Source: Patescibacteria group bacterium
GTDB lineage: Bacteria > Patescibacteriota > Minisyncoccia > Phycocordibacterales > UBA9973
Direction of reading: 5' to 3'
Assembly: GCA_038063535.1 (NCBI GenBank)
Contig: JBBTUV010000003.1
Span: 83,179 to 147,178, forward strand
DNA length: 64,000 nt
The position numbers and the translations under genes were made by a program. Of this stretch, positions 57,682 through 64,000 are shown piece after piece. Every line of letters begins with the position of its first letter. Positions within the stretch are counted from its first letter, which is position 1. The notes under the pieces were generated by a model. It was not told the DNA's origin. It worked only from the letters and a program-made list of their open reading frames with translations, and ran no database searches.

Positions 57682-58866
57682 GTGATCACTAATCAAAAAG
57701 AACCGATAGTTATAGAAGGAGGTTGTTCCTATTGCGGAGATGCGGCCATAAACCACACTCTCGCATACTGGAGCAGCCTCTTTTTCGATCCGTTCGAGGA
57801 GCATATGGTGCGGACGGCCTACCACTCTCCGAAATTTTTGAAAAATTTCGTCGACTGGCTTGCGATATTTTTTCTCAATCTCCTTGCATTTTTTGGGATC
57901 GTAAAATTTTCGAGCGATTTAGGGCGCGCCAAAAGTTTCCGCTCGCGAGTGATATGGGAAGAAGCCCGGAGGCGGGGAATACAGATGGAGCAGGTGATAA
58001 TATTCGGGAAGCCGATCGATTACTACCGGGCCCTCATTGGTGGCAAATATATATATTTCGAAAGTCTGCCGATACCGCCCGAGCACCTGGATTTTCGCAG
58101 AAATTGGGACGATAAATCTATTTTGAAAGATGAATTAGCAAGGCATAGTGTCCCCACGCCGAAGTACAAAATGGTCAGAGGAAATTTGGAACAACTTTGG
58201 CACGGGCTAGAGAAACCCCTTATCGTAAAACCGAAACTCGGCTCGCGAGGCAGGCACACATTTACGGGTATAAATATGCTCGAAGATTTTAAGAATGCCG
58301 TGAAAATTTCGGGCGAGATTTCACCGTATCTGGTTGCCGAGGAACACATCGCCGGCGACGTCTGCCGAGCGACGTTTGTGTCTGGGAAGCTTGCCGGATT
58401 TTATCGCGGCCGAGCGCCTAGCGTTACCGGTGATGGGAAGAAGAACATAGCCGAGCTTATCAAAGAGAAGGACCGAATCCGGCCCGAGCGCGTGGAAAAA
58501 GTAAGGAGGGGCAAGGAACTCGAGAGCCACCTTGCGAGGCAGGGCTACGGGCTTGATGATGTTCTCTCGGAAGGCAAAATGGTCACGCTCTCGCATCGGA
58601 TCGGCCGTCTCTTTGGCGGCACGACGCGGGAGATGATCGGTGAGCTTCATCCGAGTTTTATTCCTATCTTCAGACGCGCCGCGGAGATTACCGGACTTGC
58701 TGTCGTCGGCTTCGACGCCGTCATCCCCGACCCGACGGCGTCGGCCGATTCGCAACGCTGGGGCATCATCGAAGCCAATACTCTGCCCTTCATTGATCTT
58801 CACTACTATGCGCTCGAAGGCAAACCGCGCAACATCGCCGGCATGATTTGGAATTTGTGGAAATAA
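57682..58866 (+). CDS. ATP-grasp ligase resembling the cyanophycin synthetase / GshF ATP-grasp module
   Basis: DDK..K, IVKP..GSRG, EEHI.G, VTGDG, GFD, IIEAN.LP. Confidence 0.75.
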   Translation: MITNQKEPIVIEGGCSYCGDAAINHTLAYWSSLFFDPFEEHMVRTAYHSPKFLKNFVDWLAIFFLNLLAFFGIVKFSSDLGRAKSFRSRVIWEEARRRGIQMEQVIIFGKPIDYYRALIGGKYIYFESLPIPPEHLDFRRNWDDKSILKDELARHSVPTPKYKMVRGNLEQLWHGLEKPLIVKPKLGSRGRHTFTGINMLEDFKNAVKISGEISPYLVAEEHIAGDVCRATFVSGKLAGFYRGRAPSVTGDGKKNIAELIKEKDRIRPERVEKVRRGKELESHLARQGYGLDDVLSEGKMVTLSHRIGRLFGGTTREMIGELHPSFIPIFRRAAEITGLAVVGFDAVIPDPTASADSQRWGIIEANTLPFIDLHYYALEGKPRNIAGMIWNLWK

Positions 58867-58914
58867 TCGCCTGTGTACATATTTAGACAGTCGTCAATTT
58901 ATGTTAAGATAGGT

Positions 58915-59565
58915 TCAGTGCGCAACCGTGAAGGCGACCACCTTACGTGCGCCGGCCTCTCGCAAAACTTTCTTTGCTTCCGAGAGTGTCGCGCCGGTAG
59001 TAGTGATGTCATCTATTAGAATTATATTCCTCCCAGAAATTTTTTCCGGATTTTTTACGGAAAAAGCGCCGACTATATTTTCGAGGCGCTTTTTCCGCTC
59101 TTCAATCCGCGCCTGATGTTCCGAATCTTTCGGGCGCGCAAGCGCGCCGGTCTCTAGCGTAAAGTTCTCTTCTCGGTCGAGCTCGACCAACTTCCTGCAA
59201 ATGAGCTCCGCCTGATTGAAGCCTCGCTCCCGCCTTCTTTTCCGCGAAAGCGGAATCGGCAGGAGCAAGGGCTCGCCGAAATTTTCCATGATTTTACGGT
59301 CGGCAAGTTCCTCGAGCATCCTTGGATAGAGAATTTCAGCAAACACTTCGGCGAGCTGCCTCTTTCCAGAATACTTCAGCTGCCAGAGCGCGTCCTTCAG
59401 GGGCTTGTGTCTATAGTCGAGCATCGGATGTATCCAATCAGCCGATTCGCGCTCGGCAGAAGGCATCGCCGAAATGCATTCCGTGCAGAGGTATTCTCCG
59501 TTTTTTCCGCAGGCCAGGCATACAGGCGGGAAAACAAGGTCCAAGATGGAATTTAGAAGTTGCAT
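58915..59565 (-). CDS. comF: ComF family (zinc ribbon + PRTase-like) competence protein
   Basis: C..C...LC..C, RGFNQA, LIDDITTTGAT. Confidence 0.9.
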   Translation of the reverse strand: MQLLNSILDLVFPPVCLACGKNGEYLCTECISAMPSAERESADWIHPMLDYRHKPLKDALWQLKYSGKRQLAEVFAEILYPRMLEELADRKIMENFGEPLLLPIPLSRKRRRERGFNQAELICRKLVELDREENFTLETGALARPKDSEHQARIEERKKRLENIVGAFSVKNPEKISGRNIILIDDITTTGATLSEAKKVLREAGARKVVAFTVAH

Positions 59566-59591
59566 ATACTATAATTAAAGGGTATTTTAAC

Positions 59592-60713
59592 ATGGCTAAT
59601 CCGCTTGCAAAAATCTTTAAAAGCTCCGGAATCTTTTCCGGCCCGTCCGAGTCCGCCGTCGGCATCGACGTCGGAACTTCCGCGATAAAAGTTGTTGAGA
59701 TCAAGAGAAAAGGAGGTAGGGCTGTGCTCGAGACTTACGGGGCGATTTCGCTCGGACCCTATGCGGGCGCCGACGTCGGTCGGGTTACCAATCTTCCGAT
59801 CGAAAAAATCACCGAAGCTCTCAAAGAAGTCCTCAAACAAGCCGGAGTAAGCTCAAGCTCCGCAGGCTTTTCGATTCCGGTTCGGGAGAGCCTGATCTTT
59901 ACACTCGAGCTACCTGGACAGACCAAGCCGGAACAGATTCCGGCGATCGTACCGACCGAAGCACGTAAATATATTCCAGTCCCGATCACCGAAGTCACAC
60001 TCGACTACTTTGTGCTTCCCAAAAAAGAGCAGTCTCATGAGGAGGCGAGCACTCCCTTGGGAGGCGAATCGGGAAAAACAGAGGTCCTGGTGGTAGCTCT
60101 CCAGAACGAATCGGTCTCGCGCTTCCGGTCGCTCGTTTCCGAGACAAGCCTCAACGCTTCATTTTTTGAGATAGAAATTTTTGCCACGATCCGTTCGACT
60201 TTCGAACACGAGCTCTCGCTCGTGCTGCTCCTTGATTTCGGAGCTTCGAGTACGAAGCTCACTTTGGTCGAATTCGGCACGGTTCGAAGTTATCACACTA
60301 TCGCCCGCGGAGGCGCAGACATCACTGACTCGATCGCGACCTCTCTCGGCGTCACTTTTTCCGAAGCGGAAAAAGTGAAAAAAGAGTCTGGCCTTTCAAA
60401 AAATGCCGCCGAAAAAAACGTTGCCGACATCATTCGGACCCACGTCGACTATATTTTTGCCGAAGCAAACACCGTACTTCTCGCTTACGAGCAAAAATAC
60501 GGCCGAACCGTTTCCAAGGTCATTCTTTCGGGCGGCGGGGCACTCCTTCATGGTCTTTCGGAGGCGGCGGCGGAGAATTTTCGCGCGGAAATCGAGCTCG
60601 GAGAGCCTTTCCGCAAAGTGAACGCGCCGGCGTTCCTCGACAAAGTGCTGGCCGCGACTGGTCCGGAATTCGCCGTAGCGCTGGGCTTGGCTTTGCGCAA
60701 GTTAGAGAAATAG
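59592..60713 (+). CDS. pilM: Type IV pilus assembly protein PilM
   Basis: GIDVGTSAIKVV, EARKYIP, LDFGA, LSGGGA, A.ALGLALR; start moved to ATG 59592. Confidence 0.92.
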   Translation: MANPLAKIFKSSGIFSGPSESAVGIDVGTSAIKVVEIKRKGGRAVLETYGAISLGPYAGADVGRVTNLPIEKITEALKEVLKQAGVSSSSAGFSIPVRESLIFTLELPGQTKPEQIPAIVPTEARKYIPVPITEVTLDYFVLPKKEQSHEEASTPLGGESGKTEVLVVALQNESVSRFRSLVSETSLNASFFEIEIFATIRSTFEHELSLVLLLDFGASSTKLTLVEFGTVRSYHTIARGGADITDSIATSLGVTFSEAEKVKKESGLSKNAAEKNVADIIRTHVDYIFAEANTVLLAYEQKYGRTVSKVILSGGGALLHGLSEAAAENFRAEIELGEPFRKVNAPAFLDKVLAATGPEFAVALGLALRKLEK

Positions 60714-60733
60714 AGGTATAATATATCGTAGAT

Positions 60734-61372
60734 ATGGAGCAAAATTTTCAAACCTCTTTCATCCCGAAAAAACCCCCGGTCCCGGAACGCGTATCGGTGG
60801 CCCGGCCCGTCGGCCTTCTTTCGGCCATTGCTTTTTTGATTTTTTTTACGATGCTCATCGCCACCGGCGGGCTTTATCTTTACCGGGGCTTTTTGAATAA
60901 AAGCATCAGTCAGTCGGCCGGCGACCTGACGGCGGCGAAAAATCGATTCGAGCCCTCCAGGCTTGAGACACTGCAGTCCCTCGACAAGCGTCTGCGGGTC
61001 GCAAACGAGATTCTCTCGAGCCACATCGCAACCTCTCCGATTTTCGAGGCGCTCGAGGCGATAACCATGAAGAGTGTTCGCTATACTAAATTTGGCTACA
61101 AGCTGGAAGGGGACAAGAATTCGAAAGCCACCGTCAATATCTCGGGGGTCGCTGTCGGTTACCGCGCGGTCGCACTGCAGTCGGATCTCTTTACAAAAAA
61201 CAAAAATCTGATCGATCCAGTTTTTTCGAACCTCACTCTTGATGATAAGGGCAATGTCCTCTTTGACCTTGTGTTTTCGGTCGATCCCGGATTTATTAAT
61301 TATAAAGCGACGCTTGCGAGAGCCGTTCCTCCAGTAAGCCCCGAGGCTGCGCCCTCGGTAATAACCCAGTAA
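60734..61372 (+). CDS. PilN-like protein
   Basis: N-terminal TSFIPK, single TM, follows pilM. Confidence 0.7.
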   Translation: MEQNFQTSFIPKKPPVPERVSVARPVGLLSAIAFLIFFTMLIATGGLYLYRGFLNKSISQSAGDLTAAKNRFEPSRLETLQSLDKRLRVANEILSSHIATSPIFEALEAITMKSVRYTKFGYKLEGDKNSKATVNISGVAVGYRAVALQSDLFTKNKNLIDPVFSNLTLDDKGNVLFDLVFSVDPGFINYKATLARAVPPVSPEAAPSVITQ

Positions 61373-61373
61373 A

Positions 61374-61952
61374 ATGTTCAAGCTGATCATTCCAATTATT
61401 TTGATAGTTATCTCCGGGATAATGTTTGTCACTTTTACCGGCCCGCTTTACGGCGATATCCGAATGGCTCGGGAAGAGGCGGGGGCGTACAAAGAAGCGC
61501 TAGGGAATTCCAAAGCGCTCGAGAATGAGCGCGACAAACTCACCCAGAAATACAACGCCATCGATTCCATTCAACTTTCCCGGTTGGAAAAAATGATCCC
61601 GGAAAACGTGGATAATATCCGTCTCATCCTCGAGATCGAGAAAATCGCGATGCCTTACGGGATGGTGTTGAAAGGCGTAAAGTACGATTCGGCGCCGAAA
61701 AAAGAAGAAGGCGCGGTCACGTCGCCTGCGATCGGAGTGTCCGAGAATCCGGATTACGGCACCTGGACGCTCGAGTTCTCGACTTCGAGCACTTACGCCA
61801 ACTTCATAAGTTTCCTTAAGGATCTTGAGAGGAATCTCCGGATCGTGGATGTCTCCGAGCTTTCTTTTGCTTCGGACGCGGATATTTCCAATCAAGGCTT
61901 CGGAACGTACAAGTTCGATTTTAAGATTAAAACATACTGGCTCAAAAATTAA
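61374..61952 (+). CDS. PilO-like protein
   Basis: N-terminal TM, coiled coil, Y..F..FL.DLE.NLR, TYWLK. Confidence 0.75.
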   Translation: MFKLIIPIILIVISGIMFVTFTGPLYGDIRMAREEAGAYKEALGNSKALENERDKLTQKYNAIDSIQLSRLEKMIPENVDNIRLILEIEKIAMPYGMVLKGVKYDSAPKKEEGAVTSPAIGVSENPDYGTWTLEFSTSSTYANFISFLKDLERNLRIVDVSELSFASDADISNQGFGTYKFDFKIKTYWLKN

Positions 61953-62285
61953 ATGACCCCGAAACTCAAAAATATAATAATGTTCCTCGTGGTCGCGGTA
62001 TGCCTCGTCGTCATCTACCTTGCACTTTTTAGGGGAAAGGGCGACGAAGAAGCGCTACTTTCTTCTTCCGGAGAGGTAGCGACGGTTGCGACAGGGAGCG
62101 GCGGAAGCTCGGGGATCACTGGTAGCTTTCTCTCTCTCCTTCTTTCGGTGAAGGGCTTGAGCCTAAACGACGCGATCATTTCCGATCCCGCTTTTATCTC
62201 GCTCGTCGACTCCTCGATCGAGCTGGTGCCTGAAGGCAATGAGGGCAGGCCAAACCCGTTTGCGCCGCTCGGGTTTGATTTTTAG
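61953..62285 (+). CDS. Pilus-cluster protein (PilP-like position)
   Basis: N-terminal TM, C-terminal GRPNPFAP. Confidence 0.65.
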   Translation: MTPKLKNIIMFLVVAVCLVVIYLALFRGKGDEEALLSSSGEVATVATGSGGSSGITGSFLSLLLSVKGLSLNDAIISDPAFISLVDSSIELVPEGNEGRPNPFAPLGFDF

Positions 62286-62294
62286 AATTTTCAC

Positions 62295-64000
62295 ATGAGT
62301 TTTTTAGACGCATTAGCCAATTCCGGGGTAATTAAAAAAACCGAGATCGATGATGTAAAATCTCTCGCGGCGGAAAAATACAATGGCGACATCGAAGGTG
62401 TGCTTCTCGATCAAGGAGTACCCGAAGAAACGATACTCGCCGAAAAAGGCAAATACTTGAAGATCCCGACCCGGAAAGTAAGCTCCCGCGACGTTTCTTT
62501 CGAGGCGCTTAAATACATCCCGGAGGACTCGGCGATCTACTACCGATTCGTGCCGATCGGGTTTTCCGAAGGGGTGCTCGAAGTCGGAGTGACCGACCCG
62601 GAGAACCTCGCGGCCATGGACGCTCTCCAATTCATCTCTGCGAAGCTCGGCATCCCGTTTAAAATTTTTCTCATTTCCAAGAACGACTACGAAGCGGTGC
62701 GTGAGGCTTATAAGGCGATGTCCGTACAGATGGAGGAACCGTTTTTAAACTATGACTCGGCTTCTCGCCCAGATGAGGAGTTGAAAAGCGCGCATCTTGA
62801 AAAGCCCGGGGAACTCCAAAAACCCGGCGAGGAGGCAAAAATAGTCGAGGACGCGCCGATCATAAAGATAGTGTCGGTGATCATCAAAAATGCCATCGAA
62901 TCAAACGCCTCGGACATACACATCGAACATGCCGGCGCAAACGTAAAAGTGCGATACCGGGTCGACGGCGTACTGCACACCTCCCTGCTTTTGCCTGTCA
63001 ATGTTTATAGCGGCATTATTGCGAGGATCAAACTTCTTTCCAAGCTGCGCCTTGACGAGAAGCGCAAACCCCAAGATGGATCCTTTGGTACAGAAGTAGA
63101 CGGGAGGAAAATAGACTTCCGAGTTTCGACAATGCCAGCCTATTACGGCGAAAAGGTGGCAATGCGCATACTCGATTCGGAAAAGGGGGTAAAGCCGCTC
63201 GGGGAGCTGGGGCTATCAAAAAGAAATCTCGAGATGATAAGGAACGCAATCAAGAAGCCTTATGGTCTCATTCTCATTACCGGCCCGACCGGTTCCGGTA
63301 AATCCACCACTCTCTATTCAATGATGAACGAGCTCGAAAAAGAGAAAGAGAACATCGTTTCTCTGGAAGATCCGATTGAGTACCACATGCCCGACATCAA
63401 TCAGTCGCAAGTAATGCCGGAAATCGGCTATTCTTTCGCTTCGGGACTACGCTCGATCTTGCGTCAGGACCCGGATATCATCATGGTCGGGGAAATCCGC
63501 GACAAGGAAACCGCCCAGCTCGCCATCCAGGCGGCACTCACCGGGCACTTGGTACTCTCCACTCTCCATACGAACAGCGCAATCGGTGCAATCCCACGCC
63601 TCGTAGATATGGGAGTCGACCCCTACCTCATCGCGCCGACCCTGATTCTCTCCGTCGCCCAGCGTCTAGCTCGGATGATTTACCCGACTTCGAAAAAAGC
63701 AGTGCCGATGGACCCTTCGGTACGGATGCAAGTAGAAGAGCAACTCAAAGATCTTCCGGAAGAGTTCAAAAAAGAAATCAAAATCAGAAATGAAATGTAC
63801 GAGGTGGTGCCCTCTTCCGAATCTCCTTCCGGAACCCGCGGTCGGATCGCGATTTTCGAAATGTTCGATATCGATAGGGAGATGCAAGCTGTGATCCTTA
63901 AAAATCCGGTTGACGTGGAGCTTTACAAAGTGGCTCGAAAAAAGGGGATGCTTCTCATGCGAGAGGACGCAATGGTAAAAGCCATGGAGGGGACAATTCC
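62295..64000 (+). CDS. pilB: PilB/GspE assembly ATPase, 3'-truncated by window edge (absent from ORF track)
   Basis: ATG 62295; hand translation gives ASDIHIE, RYRVDG, PQDG, GPTGSGKST, LEDPIEY, LRQDPDIIMVGEIRD, TGHLVLSTLHTN. Confidence 0.92.
   Translation, partial: MSFLDALANSGVIKKTEIDDVKSLAAEKYNGDIEGVLLDQGVPEETILAEKGKYLKIPTRKVSSRDVSFEALKYIPEDSAIYYRFVPIGFSEGVLEVGVTDPENLAAMDALQFISAKLGIPFKIFLISKNDYEAVREAYKAMSVQMEEPFLNYDSASRPDEELKSAHLEKPGELQKPGEEAKIVEDAPIIKIVSVIIKNAIESNASDIHIEHAGANVKVRYRVDGVLHTSLLLPVNVYSGIIARIKLLSKLRLDEKRKPQDGSFGTEVDGRKIDFRVSTMPAYYGEKVAMRILDSEKGVKPLGELGLSKRNLEMIRNAIKKPYGLILITGPTGSGKSTTLYSMMNELEKEKENIVSLEDPIEYHMPDINQSQVMPEIGYSFASGLRSILRQDPDIIMVGEIRDKETAQLAIQAALTGHLVLSTLHTNSAIGAIPRLVDMGVDPYLIAPTLILSVAQRLARMIYPTSKKAVPMDPSVRMQVEEQLKDLPEEFKKEIKIRNEMYEVVPSSESPSGTRGRIAIFEMFDIDREMQAVILKNPVDVELYKVARKKGMLLMREDAMVKAMEGTI

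Noticed and set aside
59322-59591. N-terminal extensions in the ORF track (pilM; also pyrF, map, 29935 ORF, DGR target)
   Set aside because: They overlap other genes, terminators or leaders; downstream ATGs fit family starts and coupling
1-64000. CRISPR array, rRNA, prophage or IS transposase
   Set aside because: None seen by eye: no regularly spaced repeats, rRNA signatures, structural phage genes, integrase or transposase

Overview
Gene-dense chromosomal window from a Patescibacteria (CPR) bacterium, probably Parcubacteria. This is inferred from the absence of rpmD in the spc operon, trimmed ribosomal proteins, a tRNA-Ile(UAU), a stand-alone VirD4-like ATPase and pilMNO-pilB; genetic code 11. 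Layout: 3' fusA, a complete de novo UMP operon (pyrC-carA-carB-pyrB-pyrD-pyrE-pyrF) wedged between fusA and tuf, the S10-spc ribosomal operons broken by small insertions, secY-cmk-adk-pyrH-map, ndk, a compact 6S-like RNA, infC-rpmI-rplT, smpB-tmRNA-ftsH and tRNA-Ile. Then come a B12 module (S-component, class II RNR, adenosyltransferase, cobalamin riboswitch, DUF4430-like protein), ArsR, hicBA and a complete diversity-generating retroelement (DGR, about 43.3-45.9 kb), followed by recG, a copper cluster, tRNA-Ser, a DHCR24-like oxidoreductase, mscL, comF and type IV pilus genes. The DGR is the standout. All 25 VR/TR differences fall on TR adenines and 24 are A->G (25 of 26 core adenines changed). 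avd is encoded antisense and overlaps the RT 5' end head-to-head, and a G9 tract lies inside both reading frames. All calls were made by eye, and family assignments are from recognition, not searches.
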